A stretch of DNA of 64,000 bases, from NCBI GenBank assembly GCA_963664325.2, contig CAXXDQ010000003.1:864001-928000 (forward strand), written 5' to 3'. This DNA is from Desulfomonilia bacterium (GTDB lineage Bacteria; Desulfobacterota; Desulfomonilia; UBA1062). The notes under the pieces are model-generated. The model had not been told where the DNA came from, did no database searches, and saw nothing but the letters and a program-made list of their open reading frames with translations. Position 1 is the stretch's first letter. Every line of letters starts with the position of its first letter. Below, piece after piece: positions 9,763-20,049 of the stretch. The position numbers and the translations under genes are program-made.

Positions 9763-11013
9763 ATGACAAAAATGAAAGTCGATCTAAAGGGGTTAATAAT
9801 TTTAGCAGCTGTTTTGCTTTTGGCAGGGCCCGTATATGCAGGGGTGGACTTTAATGTTGCCGGTGCGAAGGCGACGCTGGGGGCAAGCGTGTGGGTCGAA
9901 GCGGGATGGGATTATCAGTTCCACGGAGATGTGCCGACCGATTACACCAGCGACAAGGAGACCCAGCAGTATATAGCCATTGACGATCCCAGCAACATCA
10001 ACATGAAAGTGGAGTATAAAAATCTGAACGCCTACACTGAAATCAGGTACCACAACAGTGCTGACTATAAGATAGAGCTGTATGCAATCTACGGGGCCTA
10101 CAACTTCTCTGACGAGAATCAGATACTGTTTGGCAAGGCACCTATAGTCTTCTCGGTGATGGCCCCGAAGCAGAACCTCTATAACGCCAACTGCCTGGAC
10201 GGTTACGGCGGACTTGATCCATGGAAAAGGTCTTTACAGGTACGCTTCAGCCATAAAAGCGAAAACCTGGGCTTTGACATCGCGCTGGAGGAAGTCAAGA
10301 CCGATTCCAGTATCGAGGACAGCTATGTGGAAAACAACGAACTTGACAATGGAGAATCCTTTCAGGTTCAAAACTATTTGCCGGCGCTGGCCTTGAACCT
10401 GACATGGAAGCCATTGGATCTTCTTACAATCAATCCGAGCGGATACATTCAGCAGTACCAGCTCAAGCCGAAGGGCATAGCGGATTTAAACAACACGGAC
10501 ATCCTTACATATGCGCTTTCCCTGGGGATCGAAGCGAATCTCAAACCGGTAAATATCCAGGCGGAAGGATGGTATGGCCAGAACCTCTCCGTATTGGAAG
10601 GGATTGACGCAAGGCCGTCTTTCTTTGATCCGATATATATAGCTGAATACGATGACAACCAGTATCTGACGCTCATGGGGACACCTCAATGGGACGGCAA
10701 CAAACTAAAGGACGTCATCACATACGGAGGATGGCTGCAGATCGAGGCGCCCATCAAGAATTTCACCCCGAGGATCGGAGGCGGTTACCAGAGGTCATCA
10801 ACGGGTATAGTTGCTGAAGGTTACGAGAGGCACATCTACACATGGAGCGCTTTCGCCAACTGCGACATCAAAATAAAGGACTACCTGACGGTATGCCCCG
10901 AATTTCTTTATATGTACAACGGCAGAGACGCAGACAAGAACTTCCTGGGCACTGGCTACAACAAACTCGGCTATGAGGCAATGGGCGGCGTTACTATGAT
11001 CCTGGCGTTCTGA
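9763..11013 (+). CDS. Outer-membrane beta-barrel (porin-like) protein
   Basis: GAGGAG RBS supports ATG 9763; signal peptide ending VYA; alternating amphipathic strands; C-terminal Phe (TMILAF). Confidence 0.65.
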   Translation: MTKMKVDLKGLIILAAVLLLAGPVYAGVDFNVAGAKATLGASVWVEAGWDYQFHGDVPTDYTSDKETQQYIAIDDPSNINMKVEYKNLNAYTEIRYHNSADYKIELYAIYGAYNFSDENQILFGKAPIVFSVMAPKQNLYNANCLDGYGGLDPWKRSLQVRFSHKSENLGFDIALEEVKTDSSIEDSYVENNELDNGESFQVQNYLPALALNLTWKPLDLLTINPSGYIQQYQLKPKGIADLNNTDILTYALSLGIEANLKPVNIQAEGWYGQNLSVLEGIDARPSFFDPIYIAEYDDNQYLTLMGTPQWDGNKLKDVITYGGWLQIEAPIKNFTPRIGGGYQRSSTGIVAEGYERHIYTWSAFANCDIKIKDYLTVCPEFLYMYNGRDADKNFLGTGYNKLGYEAMGGVTMILAF

Positions 11014-11080
11014 TTACAAACGAAGATGAATTACGTAAAAATATTATCTTGATAAACAGACATAATGGATTCTAAAAAAT

Positions 11081-11123
11081 TGAGACTGGGTGGGGCGAGT
11101 GTACCAGCTCCATCCAGTCTTAA
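11081..11123. terminator. Likely bidirectional terminator between convergent genes
   Basis: AGACTGGGTGGGGC ... GCTCCATCCAGTCT stem flanked by A- and T-rich tracts. Confidence 0.6.
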
Positions 11124-11190
11124 ATTGCTCTTTTTATAACATGTAGTTTTTTTGCCGGCGGCATATATTACATTCTGAGGTGAGGACCTT

Positions 11191-11781
11191 TTAGAGCAGG
11201 GAAAAAGCCTGTGCTATTTCAAGGCTCAATTTTCCAAGAGCGCTGCTCATGGCTGCAACATAATCGTTATATTCAAAACCCTTAACGTCAGATGTGATTA
11301 ATGACTTTTTAACCAGTATTGTTTTTTTCGTATCTTTATCAATTATAATCCAGCTTGCCTTTAATGTTACGCTTTTGCCGAGATTTCCATCGAACTGCTG
11401 TATGTCAACAACCAGCTGGTATGCAGAATCAATCCTCCGGCCGAGTTCATATGGTATAACCGTCTGAGATGGAAGAAGAACAGCGAGATTTTCAGTCAGA
11501 GTCCTTACAAGGCTGTCATTCAGGCTGCCGGCCCACCGGTCATATTCGGATATGATTACTGTGTTGCCGCCTGATAATATGGCGATCTGAGGCCTGTTGA
11601 GTACTACGGGAATAGTGATCGGGCCGACGCTGATGGTTCTATTTTGAGCAGGCAATTTTAAAGCCTGGATATCTTTAGCCGAGGAAGGGCTCAGCCTGTA
11701 AAATCTCGACGGTTGCGAAAAGCCGCATCCATTGGTGCTTATCATGAATATGATTAATAAAATGAAAACAAGTTTCTTCAT
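11191..11781 (-). CDS. PqiC-family ABC transport auxiliary lipoprotein
   Basis: Lipobox TNGC; SRFYRL, VGPITIP..LNRPQI, RWAGSL; last gene of an MlaE/F/D-type operon. Confidence 0.85.
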   Translation of the reverse strand: MKKLVFILLIIFMISTNGCGFSQPSRFYRLSPSSAKDIQALKLPAQNRTISVGPITIPVVLNRPQIAILSGGNTVIISEYDRWAGSLNDSLVRTLTENLAVLLPSQTVIPYELGRRIDSAYQLVVDIQQFDGNLGKSVTLKASWIIIDKDTKKTILVKKSLITSDVKGFEYNDYVAAMSSALGKLSLEIAQAFSLL

Positions 11782-12791
11782 TTATCTTCTCCTTTCATTT
11801 TTTCCTTGCCTCTCAGAATGGATTCGGGATGGCGTTCGAGATAGTCTGCCAGTGATTTCATGGAAGCGGCAATCTCGTTGAATTCTCTCAGGGTGTCTTC
11901 AGCCTGGAAGGAAACCTCTGTGTTTTCGGACATGAAACGGTTAATCGTTGCAAGGCTTTCATCAACCTTTTTCAGGGTATCCTGCGCCTTTTCAATCGTC
12001 TGTTTCGCATCCGCTGCTATCTGCCCGGGTGCTCCTTCTTCGAGTGCAAGCGTTTTCTGAGCCTGTACCATTGTCTGCCGAGCTGCCTGAGAGGTCTCTT
12101 TAATATCTGCAAGCAGCGGGATAATTTGAGCATCCATTTTCTGCAGAAGTTCATGTGCGGACTTGCCGGCAGCCATGTATGATTTGAGGCCTTCTTTGGT
12201 TTCGGGCGCATTTATAAAGCCTTCAATCCCATCTATCGTTTTAAGAAGTTTCTTTGCAGTTTCTTTAAGGTTGAGATCCTGAAGCGCCTGGGTGAAGAGT
12301 TCAAGCTGGGTCGGTATGGTCGGGATCTCCTGATATTCAGTCAGATAATGGTGGTATTCGGGTTTCATATCAGGGAAGAAATCCAGAATGATTATAAGCT
12401 GCGAGGTAACGATGCTCTGCATGGTAAGCTGGGCCTTAAGTCCCTTTCTTATGAAGATCGAAATCTCATCAGGGGTCCCCACAAGTTTCTTCCTGGTATC
12501 AAGGCTCATTACCGAATCCGGTTCGATTTCAATTATGACCACGCTGTGAAGCGTCTGATCATATTTCGTGTAAAATAGTTTTATGTTTTTTACGGACCCG
12601 ATCTGTACACCCCTGTAAAAAACACCGGCCCCTGGATTAAGCCCTCTGATGGACTCATCGAAATAAAGTGCGTACGGATAGCGCTGTTTGAAAAAATCGG
12701 CCCCGGTCAAGATGATTACTGTAATAAGCATCAGGCCTATCGCACCTATAACAAACAACCCGATCAGTTTGAAATTAGCCCTCTTGCTCAT
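11778..12791 (-). CDS. MlaD/MCE-family protein
   Basis: IGLFV N-terminal TM helix; FDESIRGLNPGAGVFYRGVQIGSV MCE motif; C-terminal YLERHPESILRG. Confidence 0.9.
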   Translation of the reverse strand: MSKRANFKLIGLFVIGAIGLMLITVIILTGADFFKQRYPYALYFDESIRGLNPGAGVFYRGVQIGSVKNIKLFYTKYDQTLHSVVIIEIEPDSVMSLDTRKKLVGTPDEISIFIRKGLKAQLTMQSIVTSQLIIILDFFPDMKPEYHHYLTEYQEIPTIPTQLELFTQALQDLNLKETAKKLLKTIDGIEGFINAPETKEGLKSYMAAGKSAHELLQKMDAQIIPLLADIKETSQAARQTMVQAQKTLALEEGAPGQIAADAKQTIEKAQDTLKKVDESLATINRFMSENTEVSFQAEDTLREFNEIAASMKSLADYLERHPESILRGKEKMKGEDK

Positions 12792-12818
12792 GATAATGCT
12801 CCTTTGGCAGAGTTAAAT

Positions 12819-13616
12819 TCATTGTAACTCCTCACATACCACCTCTGAAATAGTCATGCTCTCGGCCCGTGTCAGAAAACTCCTGACAGTAAGATTTGTC
12901 GATTCTTCAAGCAATTTCTTTGGGTTTCCGTGAGCAATCATGGTCTTTGTTGCCGCATCCAGAAATACGGAGTTGGTACCTATGGTAAAGATGCTTGGCA
13001 GTTCGTGCGTCACTACTACAATTGTTGTTCCCAGGCTGTCCCTTATCTGGAGTATCAGTTCATCCAGCAGCCTCGAACTTACCGGATCAAGTCCCGCGGA
13101 AGGCTCATCAAAAAACAGTATCTGAGGGTCCAGCGCCATCGCACGTGCGAGACCTGCCCGTTTTTTCATGCCTCCGCTGAGTTCGGAGGGATAATATTCA
13201 CCGAAGCCCTTTAGCCCTACAAGTGCAAGTTTGAGTGATACAATTTCATTTATTTCCTTTTTTGTGAGCTGTGTATACTCTTCCAGAGGTAATGCGATGT
13301 TCTCTGAGAGCGTCATGGAACTCCAAAGCGCACTGCTCTGGTAAAGTATCCCGAAAGACTTCATGATGCTCTCCTGTTCCTCGGGACTGCTTTTATAAAA
13401 ATCGATGCCATTATAATAAATTTTTCCCTGTTCCGGGGTTCTGAGACCGATCATATATTTCAGCAGGGTGCTTTTTCCGCACCCGCTTCCACCCATTATT
13501 ATAAAAATATCGCTCCTGTTTACGCTGAAGTTCAGATTGCTCTGGAGTACATAATCCCCGTATGCCATGGTCAGGTTTTTTACCGTTATATGTTCCTTCG
13601 GGGATTCGGCCTGCAT
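12819..13616 (-). CDS. ABC transporter ATP-binding protein (MlaF/Mkl family)
   Basis: GGSGCGKST, LSGGMKKRAGLARA, FFDEPSAGLDP and VVVTH motifs. Confidence 0.92.
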   Translation of the reverse strand: MQAESPKEHITVKNLTMAYGDYVLQSNLNFSVNRSDIFIIMGGSGCGKSTLLKYMIGLRTPEQGKIYYNGIDFYKSSPEEQESIMKSFGILYQSSALWSSMTLSENIALPLEEYTQLTKKEINEIVSLKLALVGLKGFGEYYPSELSGGMKKRAGLARAMALDPQILFFDEPSAGLDPVSSRLLDELILQIRDSLGTTIVVVTHELPSIFTIGTNSVFLDAATKTMIAHGNPKKLLEESTNLTVRSFLTRAESMTISEVVCEELQ

Positions 13617-13618
13617 TC

Positions 13619-14749
13619 TTATATCCCCAGGACGGCACAGATGTATGTAATGAAGGCGGTTGCCATGACAACGCTGACAATCCCTGTTACAACTGCCGAT
13701 GTGGTCGATTCGCCGACAGAGGCGGCACTTCTTTCACAGTGAAGCCCTTTGTAGCAGCCTGTAGTTGCAATAAGGAAGCCGAATACCGTGCTCATGATAA
13801 GCCCGATCCACAGGTCTTTGAATCTGATGGCGTTTATGGTCTGGTTATAATAACTTGTAAAACTGATATCGAACATCGAGGTCCCGACAATAAACCCCCC
13901 GAGTATACCGATGAAATTCGCATAAAGGGTTAAAAGCGGCATGGCTATTGTCAGGGCGATTACCCTCGGCAGAACAAGGAACTCTACAGGAGATATGCCC
14001 AGTGTCCTCAAGGCGTCGATCTCTTCATTGGTCTCCATTGTACCGAGGTGCGCAGCATATGAGGCGCCTGTCCTGCCTGCCATTATTATTCCGGTCATTA
14101 TTGCTCCCATTGAGCGCACAATCCCTATGCCGACCATGTTTGCAATGTATATCTGGGCTCCGAAGAGTTTGAGCTGGATTGATCCCACAAAGGCCAGAAT
14201 AAGACCTATAAGCAGGCTTATGAGCGATACGATCGGAAGGGCGTCAATACTGCATTCCTGAATTATGACGAAAAAATCCCTTGCCCTGAAACGGGCCATT
14301 CCTGCAAAGAATCTGCCGAATGAAACGGTCAACTCACCTGCAAAGATGAAAAAATCTCCGATAGAGCTCCAGAAACCATAAGATTTGTTTCCCAGTAATT
14401 CAAGAAAGGGAATCCTGGTGTCGGCATGTCTGGCATCTGTTCTTTCCGGGACCGCCAGAGCGAGTTTTATCAGGCCTGCAATCTCATGGGGAAGGCTTTC
14501 CTGACTGGTTGCAATTCCCAGCTTGTGAGAATATTCCAGTATGTTTATGATAAAGGCTATCAGTGCGCTGTCCCAGCCGGTAACGCCGGACAGATCAAAG
14601 CTCAGGCTGGTGAAAGGTTTCTGCGCATCAAGCTGTTTTATAATGGCAGAGGAGTCTTGAATCCCGGAAATGCCTTTCCATTCACCCGATAGCGACAGAA
14701 CAAGCGAGTCGTCCGAGCCTTTTTTCATTTCGCAACTGTTATTAGTCAT
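13619..14749 (-). CDS. MlaE-family ABC permease with N-terminal STAS-like domain
   Basis: AGRTGASYAAHLGTMETNEEIDAL, LVLPRV and VGESTTSAVV motifs. Confidence 0.92.
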   Translation of the reverse strand: MTNNSCEMKKGSDDSLVLSLSGEWKGISGIQDSSAIIKQLDAQKPFTSLSFDLSGVTGWDSALIAFIINILEYSHKLGIATSQESLPHEIAGLIKLALAVPERTDARHADTRIPFLELLGNKSYGFWSSIGDFFIFAGELTVSFGRFFAGMARFRARDFFVIIQECSIDALPIVSLISLLIGLILAFVGSIQLKLFGAQIYIANMVGIGIVRSMGAIMTGIIMAGRTGASYAAHLGTMETNEEIDALRTLGISPVEFLVLPRVIALTIAMPLLTLYANFIGILGGFIVGTSMFDISFTSYYNQTINAIRFKDLWIGLIMSTVFGFLIATTGCYKGLHCERSAASVGESTTSAVVTGIVSVVMATAFITYICAVLGI

Positions 14750-15026
14750 TACAGGTTAACATCGACTTTTTATTTGCGGAATATTAGTCCCAGACAAAAA
14801 AATATTAAAATTTCAAACAAATCAGCATTCCTCTCGATCATGGCTGTTACCTGACACCTTGCCCAAAAAATCGATTAGTTATCAAAGTTCCCCATCGACC
14901 TTTACCCCGGGCATTCTTTTGAGCGTCAGCAGTGATCATCGTATAACGGATCCTTTGCCTTATTTCCCTAACCGTGGTATTTTTAGGTGATACATTGATT
15001 AGCTTGGTTATTCTGGGAGGTGTCAT

Positions 15027-16661
15027 ATGAAAAGCAAACGGTACATCCTATTAGCCACCATAGTCCTTTTAATGGCAGCCGGCTGCCGGATATCCGGCAC
15101 GGTCACCCAGGATGGACAGGGCGTGGCCGGCGTGACCGTAGTCCTGATGGGACCGGTCGAGCAAACGGCGATAACCGACAGTTCAGGCCAATATGTCTTT
15201 TCTTATCTCGGGGCGGGCTCATATATTATTGGTGTAGATGAATGCCCGACCCTGCCCGAGCGCCAGGAGGTTAATAAATCCCATCTTTTTGAAAACGTGG
15301 ATGGGATCGATTTCGAGAAAGAAGCGGCGGGCCCGATGGCCAGCTTTGACCTGCGAAATATCGGGGCCGTCACCCCTGTAAAAATTCAGAAGGGGGGCAC
15401 ATGCTGGACGCATGCGACCATGGCCGCCATCGAGAGCAACATGCTGATGAATGATGTCTGGCGGGTTGCCGGAGAAGAAGGTGTCCCGAATCTGGCCGAA
15501 TATCATCTCGACTGGTGGAACGGTTTTAACCAGAACAACAATGACGACCTGTCACCCCCTGAGGGGAGCGGTCTCGAGGTACATATGGGGGGTGATTATC
15601 GCGTTGCCTCCGCCTATATCACACGGGGGGAAGGCGTGGTGCGCAATATTGACGCCCAATCCTACATCTTTGCCCCGCCACGTCGTTCTTCGAAATATCA
15701 TTACTTCTATGTTCCCGATATCGAATGGTTTGTCCTGCAGCCGAACCTGAGTAACATTGATCAATTCAAGCAGACCATTATGGACAACGGAGCGGTGGCG
15801 ACCTGCCTGTGCTCTGACAGCTCCTTCATTGACAAGCGTTATACCCATTATCAGCCCCCTTACAGCGATATGGATCCTAACCATGGTGTGGCTATTGTGG
15901 GCTGGAATGATTACAAGATAACCAGGGCCCCCGAGCGGGGAGCCTGGTTATGCAAGAACAGCTGGAGCGAGTTTCTCCAGATCAAGGGTTACTTCTGGAT
16001 TTCCTACTATGACAAGCATGCCGGCCATGATCCGGAGATGGGGGCCGTGGCGTTCAGGGGTGTTGAACCCATGCCCTATGACAGTATTTATTACCATGAC
16101 TATCACGGCTGGCGGGATACCCTGACTGACTGCAGCGAGGCGATGAACGCATTTAAGGCCAGCAGGGCGGAATACCTGAAAGCGGTCAGTTTTGCAACTG
16201 CCGCAGATGACGTCGAGTTCAAGGTGGCCGTGTACGACGGATTCGAAGGCGGCCAGCCCGCTGGCCTGCTTGGCACAGTCGAAGGGACCATCAGCCACAC
16301 AGGGTTTCATACCGTAGATCTGCCGGCCCCGATCGTCTTGAGCCCCGGGGATGATTTTTATATCTATGTCAAGCTTTCGCATGGCGGGCATCCCATTGAC
16401 CGTACATCGCTGGTACGTGTGCTTCTGGACGGTCCCCGATTTACGCTAGACCCCAATGAGGACTGGCATGACCCCTATTATTACTATGACAACCTCGACA
16501 CTGCTGAAGTTGCCACTTTGGTGGAGTCGTCCGCCCAGCCGGGCCAGAGCTATTATCTTAATAACGGGGAATGGCTCGACCTGTACTACCGCGATCTGGG
16601 AGAATATTCAGGCACAGCCAATTTCTGCATCAAGGGTCTGGCTGTCATGGAGGCGGATTGA
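15027..16661 (+). CDS. Lipoprotein papain-family (C1) cysteine peptidase with N-terminal Ig-like and C-terminal lectin-like domains
   Basis: Lipobox AAGC; FDLR, QKGGTCW (catalytic Cys), NHGVAIVGW (His), KNSW (Asn), GYFWISY; ends NFCIKG. Confidence 0.85.
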   Translation: MKSKRYILLATIVLLMAAGCRISGTVTQDGQGVAGVTVVLMGPVEQTAITDSSGQYVFSYLGAGSYIIGVDECPTLPERQEVNKSHLFENVDGIDFEKEAAGPMASFDLRNIGAVTPVKIQKGGTCWTHATMAAIESNMLMNDVWRVAGEEGVPNLAEYHLDWWNGFNQNNNDDLSPPEGSGLEVHMGGDYRVASAYITRGEGVVRNIDAQSYIFAPPRRSSKYHYFYVPDIEWFVLQPNLSNIDQFKQTIMDNGAVATCLCSDSSFIDKRYTHYQPPYSDMDPNHGVAIVGWNDYKITRAPERGAWLCKNSWSEFLQIKGYFWISYYDKHAGHDPEMGAVAFRGVEPMPYDSIYYHDYHGWRDTLTDCSEAMNAFKASRAEYLKAVSFATAADDVEFKVAVYDGFEGGQPAGLLGTVEGTISHTGFHTVDLPAPIVLSPGDDFYIYVKLSHGGHPIDRTSLVRVLLDGPRFTLDPNEDWHDPYYYYDNLDTAEVATLVESSAQPGQSYYLNNGEWLDLYYRDLGEYSGTANFCIKGLAVMEAD

Positions 16662-16695
16662 CGGGTGTATCTCGGGTGTATATTTAGGAGGTTTC

Positions 16696-17925
16696 ATGGA
16701 AAATGTTAATGTGTCCGTATCCCCTTACCGCTGGGTTGTGCTGGCGGTCTTCATGCTCAATACCGCCGTCTCCCAGATCATGTGGATGACCTTTGCCCCC
16801 ATAGCCAGGGATGCCGCCGCCATCTATACCCACGGCAACATCGACTACATTGACCTCCTGGCCATATTTGCCATGCTCGCCTGGCTCCCCTTCTGCATAC
16901 CGGCCTCCTGGTGCATCGATACCATCGGCCTGAAAAAAGGCGCCGGAATCGGTATCGTTCTTGTCGGGGTGTGCGGATTCCTGCGCATCTTCGCGCCGAA
17001 TTACGGCTGGCTCCTGGTATGCATGGCCGGCTGCGCCATCGCACAGCCTTTCGTACTCAATGCATTCACCAAGCTGGCGACGAACTGGTTCCCGAAAAAG
17101 GAGGAAGCTCTGGCGACGGGCCTCTTGACCATGTCCCTGTTCATAGGGTTTACGACGGTCATGTTCGCCACCGATTTCATCGTCGCGCATTACAAAAAGA
17201 TCGGTGCGGTCAGACAGGGTATCGACATGGTCCTGATTGTATACGGCATACCGGCCCTGGTAGGGATGATCCTGTATTTATTCCTGGTCAGGGAAAAGCC
17301 CAAGCTGCCGCCCAATGAGATCGCTGCGGAAACAAAGGTATCAATGACCATCGGCATGAAGGCCCTGTTCAAAAACCGTGACTTTCTCTATCTGTTAGGC
17401 TTGTTTTTTATCGGCGTGGGAACGTTGAACGCCATCCTTACCAAGATAGACTTCATATTCAAAAACCGGCCTCTGGACATCGAGTCGACGCTGGCCCCGG
17501 GTATTGTCGGCGGGCTGATTGTAATCGGCGGCATGTGCGGCGCCGTGATTATCTCAGCGCTTTCGGACAGGTACCAAAAAAGAAAGATTTTCCTGATCCT
17601 TGCGGCCGGCATGGCTGTGCCACTTTCCCTTCTGCTGCAGTACCTTACCTCGATAGTTCTTTTGGGGGTATGCGGTTTTGTCTTCGGCTTCTTTATCATC
17701 TCAGCCATGCCTGTGGGGCTGACCTACGCGGTTGAAAAGACTCACCCGGTCCCGGAAGCGACCTCCAACGGGATATTGATGCTGAGCGGCCAGATAAGCG
17801 GCCTTCCAATAGTTTTTCTCTTCAACATGACGGCGGTCACCGTGCTTTTCGGTGTCGCCTTTTTACTGGCGTTGCTGATGAGGGACATCACATCGCCCCG
17901 GACAGCCCCGGGTGCCGTTGATTAG
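16696..17925 (+). CDS. MFS transporter (FLVCR-like)
   Basis: AGGAGG RBS supports ATG 16696; YRWVVL, AQPF..N, WFPKKE, THPVPEATS; many TM helices. Confidence 0.85.
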   Translation: MENVNVSVSPYRWVVLAVFMLNTAVSQIMWMTFAPIARDAAAIYTHGNIDYIDLLAIFAMLAWLPFCIPASWCIDTIGLKKGAGIGIVLVGVCGFLRIFAPNYGWLLVCMAGCAIAQPFVLNAFTKLATNWFPKKEEALATGLLTMSLFIGFTTVMFATDFIVAHYKKIGAVRQGIDMVLIVYGIPALVGMILYLFLVREKPKLPPNEIAAETKVSMTIGMKALFKNRDFLYLLGLFFIGVGTLNAILTKIDFIFKNRPLDIESTLAPGIVGGLIVIGGMCGAVIISALSDRYQKRKIFLILAAGMAVPLSLLLQYLTSIVLLGVCGFVFGFFIISAMPVGLTYAVEKTHPVPEATSNGILMLSGQISGLPIVFLFNMTAVTVLFGVAFLLALLMRDITSPRTAPGAVD

Positions 17926-18144
17926 AATATAAGCTCGTCTCATATCGGGGTATGGGACTTGTTCTGATAATTTTTACGGTATCTTCATCAGGGCTTACCG
18001 GAATGATTTAAGGCAAACCTGTGGGACCTGACGTTTTTTTGCTAAACAATCTCTTGGAAAAATTCGATAAGAAATATTGTTGTTGGTGTGTATTTTTATT
18101 CCAGCCAGATGAACCGGGAGTCAAGTATTACCGGAGGGGTTTAG

Positions 18145-20049
18145 ATGGAGCTTGTTTTACTGCTGATAGCTGTTCCGTTGGTATCGGCCATCCTTGTGGC
18201 TGTTTTCAGGGCCCGGTCAATAAGGAATACCATTATCAGGGTGTCATTTGTTCTGATGACTGCGATTTCGATATGCCTGCTCATAACAATTTTAAAGAGT
18301 GATGCGGCTTATTTTGCTTTAGATTCACATCTGATCAGTGGAACCATGTTTGTAATCGAGGCGGCGATTGCAGCCTTCATAATTTTTCTAGGCATAAAAC
18401 ATAAAAAATATCTTGCCCCTCTTTTCGCAATCATCCAGTTGTCTCTGATGTCCTGGTATGAGTATAAAATTCCGGGCCAGACCGACAACCTGCCGGATCT
18501 TTTCATTGACAAACTTTCAATCATAATGGCGCTCATAATCGGTATAATAGGCGGCCTCATATGCGTCTACGCAATCGGCTATATGAGGGACTATCACAGT
18601 CACCACCCGGAAGTAAAAGACAGGCAGCCGGTTTTCTTCTTTATTATTTTTGTATTTCTGGCGGCAATGTTCGGCATAGTATTTTTAAACAGACTGCCAT
18701 GGCTCTTTTTCTGCTGGGAGATTACAACACTGTGCTCATTCCTGTTGATCGGGTACAGCCGGACCCCGGAGGCAACGGATAATGCATTTCTTGCGCTCAC
18801 CATGAATCTTGCAGGGGGTATCGCTTTCGCCCTTGCAATAGTCTGGCTGGCTTCGTCAGGGGTGCCTGTTTATCTTAATGAACTCATAAGCTCCCCGAAA
18901 GGCGCTGTCATGATACCGGTTGCGCTGATATGCTTTGCAGGCATAACGAAATCGGCCCAGCTGCCTTTTTCTTCATGGCTGCTTGGTGCAATGGTCGCAC
19001 CGACTCCGACATCCGCCCTGCTTCATTCAAGTACAATGGTAAAGGCAGGGGTCTATATAATCATCAGGCTGTCACCGCTGCTCAGCCATACGCTGACTGG
19101 CAGCATGGTATCTTTGATCGGGGCCATCACATTCCTTTTCGGGGCCTTTATTGCGGTATCACAATCAAATGCCAAAAAGATACTGGCCTGGTCGACGGTT
19201 TCGAACCTGGGGCTGATTGTGGCCTGTGCCGGAATAGGGACCTGGGAAACGGTATGGGCCGCCATGTTTCTTATTATATTCCATGCTGTTTCCAAGTCAC
19301 TGATGTTCCTTTGTGTGGGTACGGTTGAGAACAGGCTGGGCAGCCGCGACCTTGAGGATATGGATAATATAATAGTCAAATTGCCTACACTCGCGGTTAT
19401 GATGATCATCGGAATAGGCGGGATGTTTGTCGCACCATTCGGAATGCTTATCAGCAAATGGGCGGCAATCAGGGCATTTATTGATGCGAACCGCATATTG
19501 AGTCCCATCCTCCTTATCATACTTGCATACGGGAGTGCCGTAACCGTTTTGTTCTGGTCGAAATGGATCGGGAAGATGACATCGGCTTATACGCTCAGGA
19601 CTGCAAGAAATCCGATGGAAGACGAAATTTCAAGCGATGAGAGGTTTTCCCAGTGGGTTCATGCCATCCTGACGGTCTGCATATGCATCATGTTCCCCTT
19701 GATTTCAAGCTCGCTTGTCGAGCCCTATATTCTGAGCGTGTTTGGACATACATTTGACATAAACAGGAGCAATTTCGTTATAACGGGTATCATGATTGCA
19801 CTTGTAATTCTGCTGCCTGCCATTTCCGTACCGAGGCACAAAAGTCATTTTGAATATGCAGACCCGTACATGTCAGGTCGGAATGAGTATGCAGGCAGGG
19901 TATTTGAAGGGTCAATGGAGACCAGGAAGCAGCTTGAGCTGAGAAACTATTATCTTGGCAGGATTTTTGGCGAGAAAAAAACAGAGATGATCGGAAACAT
20001 CCTGGGGACATGCCTTATTGTCCTGTTATTCGGGGTAAGCCTTATATGA
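18145..20049 (+). CDS. echA: Ech hydrogenase subunit A (NuoL/MrpA-like antiporter subunit)
   Basis: KSAQLPFSSWLLGAMVAPTPTSALLHSSTMVKAG; first gene of a six-gene ech cluster. Confidence 0.9.
   Translation: MELVLLLIAVPLVSAILVAVFRARSIRNTIIRVSFVLMTAISICLLITILKSDAAYFALDSHLISGTMFVIEAAIAAFIIFLGIKHKKYLAPLFAIIQLSLMSWYEYKIPGQTDNLPDLFIDKLSIIMALIIGIIGGLICVYAIGYMRDYHSHHPEVKDRQPVFFFIIFVFLAAMFGIVFLNRLPWLFFCWEITTLCSFLLIGYSRTPEATDNAFLALTMNLAGGIAFALAIVWLASSGVPVYLNELISSPKGAVMIPVALICFAGITKSAQLPFSSWLLGAMVAPTPTSALLHSSTMVKAGVYIIIRLSPLLSHTLTGSMVSLIGAITFLFGAFIAVSQSNAKKILAWSTVSNLGLIVACAGIGTWETVWAAMFLIIFHAVSKSLMFLCVGTVENRLGSRDLEDMDNIIVKLPTLAVMMIIGIGGMFVAPFGMLISKWAAIRAFIDANRILSPILLIILAYGSAVTVLFWSKWIGKMTSAYTLRTARNPMEDEISSDERFSQWVHAILTVCICIMFPLISSSLVEPYILSVFGHTFDINRSNFVITGIMIALVILLPAISVPRHKSHFEYADPYMSGRNEYAGRVFEGSMETRKQLELRNYYLGRIFGEKKTEMIGNILGTCLIVLLFGVSLI

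Noticed and set aside
16456-16695. Long N-terminal extension of the MFS ORF
   Set aside because: It overlaps the peptidase gene; a strong AGGAGG precedes ATG 16696.
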